Assembly: GCA_027492205.1 (NCBI GenBank)
Contig: JAOZFN010000006.1
Location: 39,369 to 103,368, forward strand
DNA length: 64,000 bases
Direction: 5' to 3'
Origin: Thermoproteota archaeon
GTDB taxonomy: Archaea; Korarchaeota; Korarchaeia; Korarchaeales; Korarchaeaceae
Part shown: one piece after another, positions 34,063-43,717 of the stretch
How the letters are laid out: each line of letters begins with the position of its first letter
Position numbering within the stretch: the stretch's first letter is position 1
Translations under genes and position numbers: made by a program
Notes under the pieces: model-generated
What the model saw: only the letters and a program-made list of their open reading frames with translations
Told to the model about the DNA's origin: nothing
The model's database searches: none

Positions 34063-36807
34063 ATGGCGAGGAGGCCGGACCCTGGAGAGTCCCTCAGGCT
34101 CGAATTCTTCGAGGAGAGGGGCTACGTGCGCAAGAGATGCCCCAAGTGCGGGGAGTACTTCTGGACGCTGGACCCTGACAGGGAGGTCTGCGGCGAGGCG
34201 CCCTGCGAGCCGTACGGTTTCATAGGCGGCGGACTATCGAGAAAGCTGACGATTGAGGAGGCCCGCGAGGGATTTCTCTCGTTCATGGAGTCCCGCGGGC
34301 ACACTAGGATAAGGAGATACCCGGTGGTGGCCAGGTGGAGGGACGACCTCTTCCTCACCAGCGCGTCTATAGTGGACTTCCAGCCATACGTAACGGCCGG
34401 CCTCGTTCCTCCCCCGGCCAACCCGCTCACGATCTCGCAGCCCTGCATACGGCTCAAGGACATCGACAAGGTCGGCCTGACCATGGGCCGCCATCTCACC
34501 ATATTCGAGATGATGGCACACCACGCCTTCAACAGGCCCGGGCAGGAGATCTACTGGAAGGAGAGAACCCTCGAGCTGTTCCACGAGTACGCGACCAGGG
34601 TTCTTGGGATACCGGAGGAGGAGATAATCTACAAGGAGGGCTGGTGGGAGGGGGGAGGCAACGCGGGCCCTGACGTGGAGCCAATAGTGAGGGGACTCGA
34701 GATAGCGACCTTGGTGTTCATGGAGTACAAGGTCACGGACAGCAGATACGAGAAGATGGACACCAGGGTGGTGGACACGGGGTACGGGCTGGAGAGGATA
34801 GTCTGGCTCTCCCAGGGGACTCCAACCGCATTCGACGCGATCTACGGGAGTCTGACGGACGCCTTCCTCGACAGGCTGGGGGTGCGGCGGCCGGACGTCG
34901 ACCTCCTGAACCGCTACTCAACGCTCTCCTCGCTGACCGCAAAGGTCGAGAGGGGGAGTAAGCTCCGCGAGCTCAGGAGGGCAATAGCGGCTCAGCTGGA
35001 GGTGGACCCGGAGGAGCTTGACGCCGCCCTGACTCCCCTCGAACTCGCCTACTCGGTCCTGGATCACACGAAGACGATCGCCTTCATGCTGGCAGACGGA
35101 CTCGTTCCGTCGAACACCAAGGAGGGCTACCTCGGCAGGCTCGTGATTAGGAGGGCCCTGAGGGCCATGAGGGCCCTGGAGGCCGAGGTCCAGCTGGCCG
35201 AGCTGGTCGACCTCCAGCTGAACTACTGGGGCAGGCAGTTCCCCGAGCTCCTGGAAAAGAGGGAGAGGATCTTGGACATGGTTCAGGTCGAGGAGCAGAG
35301 GTTCAGGGAGACCCTCCAGAAGGGGCTCCAGCTGATAGAGAGGGAGCTCAAGCGGAGGAGAGAGAAGGGCCTCACGCTCGACTTCCTGACGGAGCTCTAC
35401 GACTCTCACGGCGTACCCCCTGAGCTGGCCGCAGACGTCGCCAAGAGGCACGGGATAGAGCTGGAGGTGCCGGACAACTTCTACGAGCTGATAGCCGCCA
35501 GGCACGAGGCGCCTGAGGTCAGGCCCCCGGAACTCCCCAAGTACGTTGAGGAGGTGGAGGCGCTCCCGAAGACCGAGCTCCTCTACTACGAGGACCCCTA
35601 CGCCCTGAGGTTCGGGGCGAGGGTGGTCGGCGTCTTGGGTGGGGAAGCCGTGGTGCTGGACAGGACGGCCTTCTACCCCGAGGGGGGAGGCCAGCCCTCC
35701 GATGTGGGGTTCCTCAGGCTGGAGGGCGGCGGGGCCTTGGAGGTGGTCAGGGCGGAGAAGGTCAAGGACCGGGTCGTCCACTACGTCAAGGGAGACCTGT
35801 CCAAGGTGGCGGTGGGGCAGAGGGTCGAGGGGGAGATAGACTGGCCGAGGAGGCTCTCCCTCATGAGGCACCACACAGGCACCCACGTCCTGCTCGAGTC
35901 CGCGAAGAGGGTGCTGGGCGACCACGTCTGGCAGTGGGGAGCCCAGAAGGGAGAGAAGGAGAGCAGACTCGACATAACTCACTACAAGTCGGTGAGCGAC
36001 GAGGAACTCAGGAGGATAGAGTTCCTGGCCAACCAGATTGTGATGGAGAATAGGCCGGTCAGGACGAAGTGGATGCCCAGGCAGGAGGCCGAGAGGATAT
36101 ACGGGTTCGAGATCTACCAAGGCGGCGTCGTCCCGGACCTCACCCTGAGGATCGTGGAGATAGAAGACTTCAACGTGCAGGCGTGCGCCGGGACTCACGT
36201 CAGGAGGACTGGCGAGATAGGGCCCATCAAGGTCTGGAGGGCTAGGAGGATTCAGGACGGAGTCGTGAGGCTGGAGTTCAGCTCCGGGATGGCGGCCGTG
36301 GAGAGGCTCTTGGAGGCCTACGACAGGGTCAAGAGGATCTCCGCGCTGGTGGGGTCCCCGCTGGAGAAGGTGGAGTCCGCGGTCGAGAGCCTCGTCAACG
36401 AGAACCGCGATCTCAGCAAGAGACTCACAGCCGCCCTGGAGAGGCTCTTGGAGTTCAGCATAAGGGAGAGCTCGCCCAGGGAGGTGAGCGGCCTGGAGCT
36501 GCGGGTAGTTCCCGTGGACCTCACCGACAGGAAGGCGCTCACCGACGCCGCCGACTCGTTCGCCCGCTCCAATCCGAGAGCGGTCCTCTGCCTGCTGGGA
36601 GGGTCCGGCCAGAGGCAGGTCGTCCTGGCCGTCGGAGAGGAGGCCGCGAAGAGGGGGCTACATGCGGGCAAGCTCCTATCGAGCGTCCTCAAGAGGGTTG
36701 GAGGCAGGGGAGGCGGCCAGGAGAGGATGGCCTGGGGCTCCGTGCCCGCCGAGGTCACGCCCGAGAGACTGGCGGAGGAGATAGCGGAGGGGATGAGGAG
36801 TCTCTGA
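34063..36807 (+). CDS. alaS: Alanine--tRNA ligase
   Basis: RYPVVARWRDD, EIATLVFM, VDTGYGLER, editing HHTGTH and QACAGTH, C-Ala GGRGGG. Confidence 0.98.
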   Translation: MARRPDPGESLRLEFFEERGYVRKRCPKCGEYFWTLDPDREVCGEAPCEPYGFIGGGLSRKLTIEEAREGFLSFMESRGHTRIRRYPVVARWRDDLFLTSASIVDFQPYVTAGLVPPPANPLTISQPCIRLKDIDKVGLTMGRHLTIFEMMAHHAFNRPGQEIYWKERTLELFHEYATRVLGIPEEEIIYKEGWWEGGGNAGPDVEPIVRGLEIATLVFMEYKVTDSRYEKMDTRVVDTGYGLERIVWLSQGTPTAFDAIYGSLTDAFLDRLGVRRPDVDLLNRYSTLSSLTAKVERGSKLRELRRAIAAQLEVDPEELDAALTPLELAYSVLDHTKTIAFMLADGLVPSNTKEGYLGRLVIRRALRAMRALEAEVQLAELVDLQLNYWGRQFPELLEKRERILDMVQVEEQRFRETLQKGLQLIERELKRRREKGLTLDFLTELYDSHGVPPELAADVAKRHGIELEVPDNFYELIAARHEAPEVRPPELPKYVEEVEALPKTELLYYEDPYALRFGARVVGVLGGEAVVLDRTAFYPEGGGQPSDVGFLRLEGGGALEVVRAEKVKDRVVHYVKGDLSKVAVGQRVEGEIDWPRRLSLMRHHTGTHVLLESAKRVLGDHVWQWGAQKGEKESRLDITHYKSVSDEELRRIEFLANQIVMENRPVRTKWMPRQEAERIYGFEIYQGGVVPDLTLRIVEIEDFNVQACAGTHVRRTGEIGPIKVWRARRIQDGVVRLEFSSGMAAVERLLEAYDRVKRISALVGSPLEKVESAVESLVNENRDLSKRLTAALERLLEFSIRESSPREVSGLELRVVPVDLTDRKALTDAADSFARSNPRAVLCLLGGSGQRQVVLAVGEEAAKRGLHAGKLLSSVLKRVGGRGGGQERMAWGSVPAEVTPERLAEEIAEGMRSL

Positions 36808-37460
36808 TGCCCGTCCGGATAGACCTCGTGGGGAGGGCCGCCAGGGAGGTCCTCGTCCTAGCCGCCCTGTCGCTCCCCAAGAGGAGGTCCGTCGACTTAG
36901 TGGGCGACAAGCTAGCCCTCACCAGGGCGGAGAGGGCGGCCGTCGAGAGGCTCGTCAGGTGGCCCGAGGAGGTTGCCCTCGCCGCCTCGAAGTTGACCCC
37001 CCCGAGCCTGGCGTCCGGCAGGTCGATCGGAGTCGACGGCTACAACGTGCTGATCACAGTCGAGGCCATGCTCCTGGGTGAGCCGGTCTTCCTTTGCACC
37101 GACGGGCTTCTCCGAGACCTTAGAGGGGTTTTCTCGTCATACAGGCCGTCGGACGTCACCGAGAGGGCGATAGAACTCATCGTGGACGCGCTCGGCGGGC
37201 TGAGTCCCGCCGAGGTGGTCCTCGCCTTCGATGAGCCGATGAGCCGCAGTGGAGAGCTGGCCGCCATGGCCAGGGAGAAGATTTCCGAGGCCGGGCTGAC
37301 CGGGACGTCGGTTACACACCGCCAGGTGGACACCCTGATATCGGGCTTCGAGATCGCCGCGAGTTCGGACGTGGCGGTGATCGAGAGGGCCCGCGCTGTG
37401 ATAGACCTGCCGGCGCTGGTGGCGGATTCCATCGGGTGCAGGCCTAACGTTATCTGGTAG
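36807..37460 (+). CDS. DUF434 family protein (NYN/PIN-like fold)
   Basis: VDGYNVLITVE, DGLLRDL, FDEPMSRSGELA, ASSD.AVI. Confidence 0.85.
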   Translation: MPVRIDLVGRAAREVLVLAALSLPKRRSVDLVGDKLALTRAERAAVERLVRWPEEVALAASKLTPPSLASGRSIGVDGYNVLITVEAMLLGEPVFLCTDGLLRDLRGVFSSYRPSDVTERAIELIVDALGGLSPAEVVLAFDEPMSRSGELAAMAREKISEAGLTGTSVTHRQVDTLISGFEIAASSDVAVIERARAVIDLPALVADSIGCRPNVIW

Positions 37461-37495
37461 CTTCCGCGATCATCTCGCGGGAGGTTGGAGGAGAG

Positions 37496-38563
37496 ATGCC
37501 GCCCGCGCTTCCCTGGACCGTCAGGCTCGAGGGCGACAAGGTCGTCCTGATAGATCAGACGGCCCTCCCCGAACGGCTCAGGTTCGTGGAGTGTCGGGAC
37601 GTCGAGTGCGTGGCCCGCGCCATAGAGACCATGGTGGTCAGGGGCGCCCCGGCCATAGGGGCGACGGCCGCGTACGGGCTGGCCCTGGCCGCGATTACGT
37701 CCCCCTCTAGGGACCCCGGGGGTCTCATGAGGGACCTCGAGGCCGCGGCCGAGAGGCTGAGGAGGACCAGGCCCACCGCGGTCAACCTCTTCTGGGCCAT
37801 CGAGAGGATCATGAGGGCCGCAAGGTCCGCGTCGGAGTCCGGGGATGCGGGTGAGATAAGGAGGACGGTCGTCTCGGAGGCCGAGAGGATAGCCCAGGAG
37901 GATGTGGAGGCCAACAGGTCTATAGGGAGACACGGAGCCCAGCTGATCGAGGACGGCATGACGGTGATGACGATCTGCAACGCGGGCACCCTCGCGACGG
38001 TGTGGTACGGGACGGTGACCGCGCCAATATACACGGCCTGGGACGAGGGCAAGAGGTTCTCCGTGATCGCGCTCGAGACGAGACCCGTCCTACAGGGGGC
38101 GAGGCTCACCGCCTACGAGCTCCACGCCGCCGGGATACCGGTGACCCTGATAGTCGACGGGGCCGCCGCGCACACGATCCGCGAGAGGGGGGTGGACCTC
38201 ATCCTCGTCGGCGCTGACAGGATCCTGAGGGACGGGACGGTCTACAACAAGATCGGCACCTACTCGCTCGCCCTCGCCGCCAGGGCTCACGGCGTCCCCT
38301 TCTTCTCGGTGGCCCCCACCAGCACCTTCGATCTGGAGTCAAGTCGCTCGGACGTGAAGATAGAGGAGAGGAGGCCGGAGGAGGTCACCACGGTGAGGGG
38401 CGTGAGGATAGCCCCAGAGGGTATCGACGTCTACAACCCGGCGTTCGACATGACGCCCCCCCACCTGCTCACGGGGATAGTCACCGAGAGGGGGATACTC
38501 TACCAGCCGCTCAGGTTGAGCATAGCCAGGGCGTTCAAAGAGTCAGCGGACGCCGGTCACTAG
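37496..38563 (+). CDS. mtnA: Methylthioribose-1-phosphate isomerase (eIF2B-like family)
   Basis: DQT.LP, MVVRGAPAIG, RPTAVNLFWA, CNAG.LAT, ETRP.LQGARLT, GADRI, NKIGTY, NPAFD.TP. Confidence 0.9.
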   Translation: MPPALPWTVRLEGDKVVLIDQTALPERLRFVECRDVECVARAIETMVVRGAPAIGATAAYGLALAAITSPSRDPGGLMRDLEAAAERLRRTRPTAVNLFWAIERIMRAARSASESGDAGEIRRTVVSEAERIAQEDVEANRSIGRHGAQLIEDGMTVMTICNAGTLATVWYGTVTAPIYTAWDEGKRFSVIALETRPVLQGARLTAYELHAAGIPVTLIVDGAAAHTIRERGVDLILVGADRILRDGTVYNKIGTYSLALAARAHGVPFFSVAPTSTFDLESSRSDVKIEERRPEEVTTVRGVRIAPEGIDVYNPAFDMTPPHLLTGIVTERGILYQPLRLSIARAFKESADAGH

Positions 38564-39643
38564 GATTCTCGGGAGGGCCCACAGATCCGTGACCTGGGGG
38601 GCGCCGAGGGGAATCTCGGCCTCCCTCCCCCTCCTGTTCACCCACACCCCCCTCACGCCGGCGGACTGCGCCGACAGGACGTCCGACTTCAGGACGTCCC
38701 CGACCGCGATCGCCCCGTCCGGCCGCGCGCCCACCACCCTCAGGGCCCGACGAAACGCCTCCGGACTCGTCTTGTTGACCCCCAGGTCCTCTGACGTAAG
38801 GACCGCCTCGAAGTAGTGCTCTAACCCTATGGCCCTTAGCTTCTCCCTCTGCCAGCGGGATCCGCCGTCAGTCAGGAGCACCAGCCTGATCCCCCTCCTC
38901 CTGAGCTCTCTCAGGGACGCGACGTCTGGGTAAGGCCTCACGATCTCTAGGACCTCCCGCCAGTACTCTTCCTCCGCCTCCTCCGGCGGGGGAATCGCGC
39001 CGAGCCTGGCCCCAAGCCTCTCAAAGAGCAGGCGCTTCGAGTACCTCTCCGGTGAGTCCCCCAACTCTGCGTAGATCTCCCTCCTGACGGCCTCGTACTC
39101 CGACACGAGGGTCTCGGGGTCGACCCCCCACTTCGGCGCGAGCTTCCTGAGGGCGTCGTGCCTCTTCACGTCGTAGTCGCAGAGCGTGCCGTCTAGGTCC
39201 ACGAAGACCAGATCACCCCGCTCGTAGTACTCCGGCGTGAGCCCCAGCTTCCTAACGGCGCGCTCGCACTCCCTCCTGGCGGATGTGAGGTCCCGTCCGA
39301 GGTACTTGAGGTGCGTCTCCGCTCGGGAGTCGCTGCACCCGAACCGCCTGACCGGCTCCCCCGTCACCTCCTCCGCTAGGAGGTCCTCCAGTCTGGGGTC
39401 GTCCGTTCGGCCGACTATGGCCGTCATCGGGGCGAACTCGATCCTGCTGGTGAGCCAGTCGACGTGCCACCTCACGCGACTCGGCCTGAGGAGATGCCTC
39501 CTTATCCGCGCGGACAGCCCCCTCATCGCCCGACCGACGTAGGCGTAGTAGCCGGCCTCGAAGCCAAAACTGCCGAGTGCCCCGACCCGGTACTCTCCCC
39601 CCTTTCTGCAAGAGATCAACAGTGCGTAGACGCCGGAGTCCAA
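38543..39643 (-). CDS. Fusion: GIY-YIG nuclease (DUF123) plus HAD-superfamily hydrolase
   Basis: N-half GVYAL...GYYAYVG.A...L.ARI.RH...WHVDWL...FGCSD...TH. C-half DLDGTL, LTDG, K, VGD...DV..A...G. Confidence 0.85.
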   Translation of the reverse strand: MDSGVYALLISCRKGGEYRVGALGSFGFEAGYYAYVGRAMRGLSARIRRHLLRPSRVRWHVDWLTSRIEFAPMTAIVGRTDDPRLEDLLAEEVTGEPVRRFGCSDSRAETHLKYLGRDLTSARRECERAVRKLGLTPEYYERGDLVFVDLDGTLCDYDVKRHDALRKLAPKWGVDPETLVSEYEAVRREIYAELGDSPERYSKRLLFERLGARLGAIPPPEEAEEEYWREVLEIVRPYPDVASLRELRRRGIRLVLLTDGGSRWQREKLRAIGLEHYFEAVLTSEDLGVNKTSPEAFRRALRVVGARPDGAIAVGDVLKSDVLSAQSAGVRGVWVNRRGREAEIPLGAPQVTDLWALPRILVTGVR

Positions 39644-39710
39644 GGTAACCTCCTCTCTTCTGGCCGCCAGCCTTGGGCCTAGAAAAAGGGAGAGAGGGAA
39701 AAATCGCGCG

Positions 39711-40709
39711 TCAACCGAAGCCTGGCGGCCTCACGTTCACTACGTCCTTGTTGACGAGGGTGGGCGGGACCTTGCCCTCCTTAAACGCGATCAGGTTCTC
39801 GGCCACTATGTCGGCCATCTTGGACCTGGTCTCTATGCTGGCGCTGGCGGCGTGCGGGGCGAGGACGACATTCTTGAGCTGTAGCAGCGGGTCGTCGGGC
39901 GGTATAGGCTCCCGCTCGAACACGTCCAGCGCGGCCCCGGCGATCCAGCCCTCCTTCAAGGCCCTGTAGAGGGCCTTCTGGTCGACCACCTTGCCCCTGG
40001 CCGTGTTGATGAGGAAGGCGGTGGGCTTCATCATCTTCAGCTCCCCCTCCCCTATCATGTGATAGGTCTCGGGGAGGAGCGGCACGTGGAGGCTCACGAA
40101 GTCCGACTCCTTGAGGAGGGTCTCCAGGTCCACCCTCTTGGCGCCCACTTCCTTCTCTATCTCAGGTCTCGGCACCACGTCGTAGTAGAGGATCTTCATG
40201 CCGAACCCCTTGGCCCTCCTCGCGACGGCCTGACCTATCCTCCCCATGCCGACGATGCCTAGGGTCGCGCCGTGCACGTCTGTGCCCAGCATCATGAGCG
40301 GATGCCAGGCCACCTTCCACTGGCCGGATCTGACGTAGTGGTCGGCCTCGACTAGCCTCCTGGCGACTGCCAGCAGGAGGGCGAACGCGAAGTCCGCGAC
40401 GGTCTCAGTCAGGACGCCCGGCGTGTTGGTCACGTAGATTCCCCTCTCGGTGGCGGCCTTCACGTCGATGTTGTCGAATCCAACGGCGTACTGGGAGATT
40501 ATCCTCAGGTTCGGCGCGGCGTCCATCACCTCGGCGTCTATCGGGTCCGTCAGCAGCGAGACGAGCGCGTCCTTGTCCTTGACCCTCTCGATTATCACGT
40601 CCTTCGGGGGCGGGGCCTCCTCCGGCCAGAGATCGACCTCGAAGTGCTCCTTGATCTTCTTGAGGCCCCTCTCGGGGATCTCCCTGGTCATGAACAGCTT
40701 GGGCTTCAT
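39711..40709 (-). CDS. gyaR: Glyoxylate reductase (D-2-hydroxyacid dehydrogenase)
   Basis: [51 protein letters not shown]. Confidence 0.92.
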   Translation of the reverse strand: MKPKLFMTREIPERGLKKIKEHFEVDLWPEEAPPPKDVIIERVKDKDALVSLLTDPIDAEVMDAAPNLRIISQYAVGFDNIDVKAATERGIYVTNTPGVLTETVADFAFALLLAVARRLVEADHYVRSGQWKVAWHPLMMLGTDVHGATLGIVGMGRIGQAVARRAKGFGMKILYYDVVPRPEIEKEVGAKRVDLETLLKESDFVSLHVPLLPETYHMIGEGELKMMKPTAFLINTARGKVVDQKALYRALKEGWIAGAALDVFEREPIPPDDPLLQLKNVVLAPHAASASIETRSKMADIVAENLIAFKEGKVPPTLVNKDVVNVRPPGFG

Positions 40710-40752
40710 GGGCTCACCCAGGCTCGCCGGCGAGTTTAACCTATAAACAGGC

Positions 40753-41388
40753 TCACCTGAAGACGAAGCCGGTCTTCATGTACCACATGTAGAGGTCCAG
40801 CTCGGCCAGGCTGAGGCCAGCCTCTGCTGCAACCCCCCGAAGGATCTCCTCCAGCTGGAGGTACCTCCCCCTCGTCAGGCTCCTGGGAATGTCCCCTATG
40901 AGCCCATACTCGCGCATGACCCTCACTATGTGCCGGTCGATTATGGCTACGTCTTTCCTCCCGGTGTTCCTCAGGAAGTGGCTGGACTCCTTCATCCCCA
41001 GCCCCCGCACGTTCTCCCTCAGCCACTCCCTCGCCCTCTCAGAGCTCAGCCTAGGCACCACCTCCCTAATGCGCCGGAGGAGGGGTCTGTTCGACACTAC
41101 GTACTCGGCCCGGGTCCTCGGGAACCTGTGTCCCATGGAGCGCAGGATCTCTTCGACCTCGCTCACTGGGGCCTCAAAGAGCGCGCCGGTCTCCCACAGG
41201 CGGCTGGCCATCCGGAAAGCCTCGACGGCCTTGAAGTTGGCGGCCAAGACGCAGAAAGCCAGCTCTCTGGCCCACAGCCTCCAGTCCCCTCGCCCTATCT
41301 CCTCGAACTCCCTGATCCTCTCCCTCACCGTTCTCCCGACCCCGGGATCTTTTGCGAGTTCCTGAACGGCGTAGACGAGCCCTCTCAT
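40753..41388 (-). CDS. ogg: 8-oxoguanine DNA glycosylase/AP lyase (OGG2-type HhH); start ATG 41388 or 41415
   Basis: [47 protein letters not shown]. Confidence 0.92.
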   Translation of the reverse strand: MRGLVYAVQELAKDPGVGRTVRERIREFEEIGRGDWRLWARELAFCVLAANFKAVEAFRMASRLWETGALFEAPVSEVEEILRSMGHRFPRTRAEYVVSNRPLLRRIREVVPRLSSERAREWLRENVRGLGMKESSHFLRNTGRKDVAIIDRHIVRVMREYGLIGDIPRSLTRGRYLQLEEILRGVAAEAGLSLAELDLYMWYMKTGFVFR

Positions 41389-41444
41389 TTGGTCAAACTT
41401 TCTCACGCGCGACATTATTATCCCCGCGCCGCCGCGCAGCGGGG

Positions 41445-42494
41445 ATGCCAAGGGCCAAGAAGAAGGTGGAGCCCGAGGAGGGAGAGGGGGGAGAGGGGGC
41501 CCAAGAGGAGCCCGAGTCCCCCCCGCTTGACGAGCTGGACGGGGCCGAGGCCATCGAGGAGGTCGACCTCACCACCCTGAGCGGGGTCGGGCCGACCATA
41601 GCGAAGAGGCTCACGGAGGCTGGCTTCACGACCCTCGAGTCGATAGCCCTCACGTCCCCGGCGGAGCTCTCCGCCGCGGCCGGGATCCCTATGTCCACGG
41701 CCAGCAAGATCATCGCGTCGGCCAGGAAGATACTGAAGGTCGATGTGATGACCGCCTTCGATTACTACCAGAAGAGGAAGAGCGTTCAGAGGATAACGAC
41801 CGGCACCAAGGCCCTAGACGACTTGCTTGGAGGGGGGGTTGAGACCCAGGCTATAACGGAGATTTACGGCCCCTATGGGAGCGGGAAGACTCAGCTCTGT
41901 CATCAGATGGCCGTGACGGTTCAGCTGCCCGTCGAGAGGGGCGGGCTCGGTCGCAGGTGCCTCTACATTGACACCGAGGGGACGTTCAGGCCCGAGAGGA
42001 TCGTTCAGATAGCTGAGAGATTCGAGCTCGACCCGGAGACTACCCTGAAGAACATTCTGGTAGCCAGGGCCTTCACCGCCGACCACCAGATGGTCGTGAC
42101 GGAGAAGGCGGAGCCGTACCTGAAGAAGTACAACATCGGCCTGATCATCGTGGACTCGCTGATAAGCCACTTCAGAGGGGAGTTCGTCGGCAGAGAAAAC
42201 TTGGCCGCGCGTCAGCAGAAGCTGAACAAGTACCTCCACAAGCTCCTGAGGTACGCCCTGGGGTACAACCTGGCGGTGCTGGTTACCAACCAGGTCCTCG
42301 CCCAGCCGGATGCCTTCTTCGGGGACCCCAACAGGCCGGCGGGAGGCCACGTCTTGGGGCACGGGGTGACCGCCAGACTCTACATAAAGCGGGCCAAGGG
42401 GAACCGCAGGCTGGTCAAGCTGGTCAAGAGCCCCTACCTGCCAGAGGACTCGGCGGAGGTCGCGATCACAGGGGGCGGCGTCGAGGACGTGTGA
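41445..42494 (+). CDS. radA: DNA repair recombinase RadA (start ATG 41445 preferred)
   Basis: HhH GVGP, GGGVETQAITE.YG.YGSGKTQ, IDTEGTFRPER, LAARQQKL, TNQV. Confidence 0.97.
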   Translation: MPRAKKKVEPEEGEGGEGAQEEPESPPLDELDGAEAIEEVDLTTLSGVGPTIAKRLTEAGFTTLESIALTSPAELSAAAGIPMSTASKIIASARKILKVDVMTAFDYYQKRKSVQRITTGTKALDDLLGGGVETQAITEIYGPYGSGKTQLCHQMAVTVQLPVERGGLGRRCLYIDTEGTFRPERIVQIAERFELDPETTLKNILVARAFTADHQMVVTEKAEPYLKKYNIGLIIVDSLISHFRGEFVGRENLAARQQKLNKYLHKLLRYALGYNLAVLVTNQVLAQPDAFFGDPNRPAGGHVLGHGVTARLYIKRAKGNRRLVKLVKSPYLPEDSAEVAITGGGVEDV

Positions 42495-42505
42495 GGGCCC
42501 ATCAA

Positions 42506-42715
42506 ATGAGGCGGCAGGTTCGAGTTCGGCTGGAGGGAGAGGAGGTATCGGTCGACGCCCACATGAGGATATCTGAACTCATGCGCGAACTCGGCTATCA
42601 CCCTGAGGCCCACGTTCCCTTCGTGAACGGATCTCCTGCGCCTGAGAGAATGTACCTCTCCAATGGGGACGATGTGAGGTTCGTCAGGATCACCGTGCAC
42701 CACCCGGGCGTGTGA
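42506..42715 (+). CDS. ThiS/MoaD/SAMP-like beta-grasp protein lacking the C-terminal GG
   Basis: 69 aa; I.ELM.ELG, FVNG, L.NGD.V.FV pattern; ends HHPGV; directly upstream of ncsA. Confidence 0.72.
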   Translation: MRRQVRVRLEGEEVSVDAHMRISELMRELGYHPEAHVPFVNGSPAPERMYLSNGDDVRFVRITVHHPGV

Positions 42716-42721
42716 TGAACC

Positions 42722-43702
42722 TTGCGTCCCGCCTGTGACCGGTGTGGATCGAGAGAGGCCATTCACACGGTTCATCTCACCAACGAGAACCTCTGCGGCG
42801 AGTGCCTCGTTCAAGACGTCCGGAGAAGGGTATTCTCGCTGCTCGACAGGCTCGTCGAGGACGGAGATCGGGTCGCCGTGGCGCTCTCGGGCGGGAAAGA
42901 TAGCTCCCTCACGCTGCACCTCTTGGCGGAGTACCAGAGCGTCGAGCGAAGGAAGTTTGACCTGATGGCCATCACGGTGGACGAGGGGACCGCTTACAGA
43001 AGGTCCGGCATAGAAGCCGCCCGCAAGCTGACCCGAAGGCTGGGCGTGGGGCACGTCGTTGTGGGGATGAGGGACATCCACGGGATAGACGTGGCGGAGG
43101 TCAGGGCGATCCTCCCCAGGCGCTGGAGGAGGTCGGCCTGTACCTACTGCGGAGTCCTGAGGCGGTGGGCAATTAACAAGGTGGCCAGGGAGGAGGGCGC
43201 CACCAAGGTGGCGACCGGCCACAACCTAGACGACGTACTTCAGACTCACCTAATGAACCTGGCTCGGGGCGACGTCCCCGCCATGGTGAGGTCCGGTCAG
43301 GGGGTAAAGTCTCCGTCTCCCCTCATGGTTCCGAGGATCAGACCGCTTGCTGGGGTGAGGGAGAGGGAGGTGGCGGCCGCCGCCCTCCATCTGGGCCTCC
43401 CGGCGCACTTCGGTAAGTGTCCCCTGACCACTGGCATGAGGGTTGGGGTCAGGAGGTCGATCGACGAGCTCGAGCTCGCCATCCCCGGCATCAAGGAGGA
43501 CCTACTCTCGGGCCTGTGGGCCGTGATAGGAGAGGTTAGGGCCTCCGGGGCGATTGGTGTCGAGTTAAGGTCGTGTAAGCTGTGCGGTGAGCCAACGACT
43601 GGTGAGATCTGCAAGACTTGCCAAATGAAGCTGGAGCTGCAGGACCTGGCCCACAGGCCCCTCCTCTTTCCGCGTCAACCCCAGGCTAACTCAAATTATT
43701 AG
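42722..43702 (+). CDS. ncsA: tRNA 2-thiolation protein NcsA/TtuA family
   Basis: N- and C-terminal zinc fingers, PP-loop SGGKDS, CTYCGVLRR, TGHNLDD, RIRPL, CP. Confidence 0.9.
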   Translation: MRPACDRCGSREAIHTVHLTNENLCGECLVQDVRRRVFSLLDRLVEDGDRVAVALSGGKDSSLTLHLLAEYQSVERRKFDLMAITVDEGTAYRRSGIEAARKLTRRLGVGHVVVGMRDIHGIDVAEVRAILPRRWRRSACTYCGVLRRWAINKVAREEGATKVATGHNLDDVLQTHLMNLARGDVPAMVRSGQGVKSPSPLMVPRIRPLAGVREREVAAAALHLGLPAHFGKCPLTTGMRVGVRRSIDELELAIPGIKEDLLSGLWAVIGEVRASGAIGVELRSCKLCGEPTTGEICKTCQMKLELQDLAHRPLLFPRQPQANSNY

Positions 43703-43717
43703 CAACTGAGGCAACGA

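Noticed and set aside
37965-38000. MtnA motif TICNAG instead of THCNAG
   Set aside because: The catalytic Cys and Asp and the phosphate-binding motifs are retained; one substitution is too little to claim a new activity.
42712-42718. GTGATGA read as a box C, or the tandem TGA read as selenocysteine codons
   Set aside because: No convincing D boxes, no SECIS-like element and no Cys-homologous position; a double stop is simplest.
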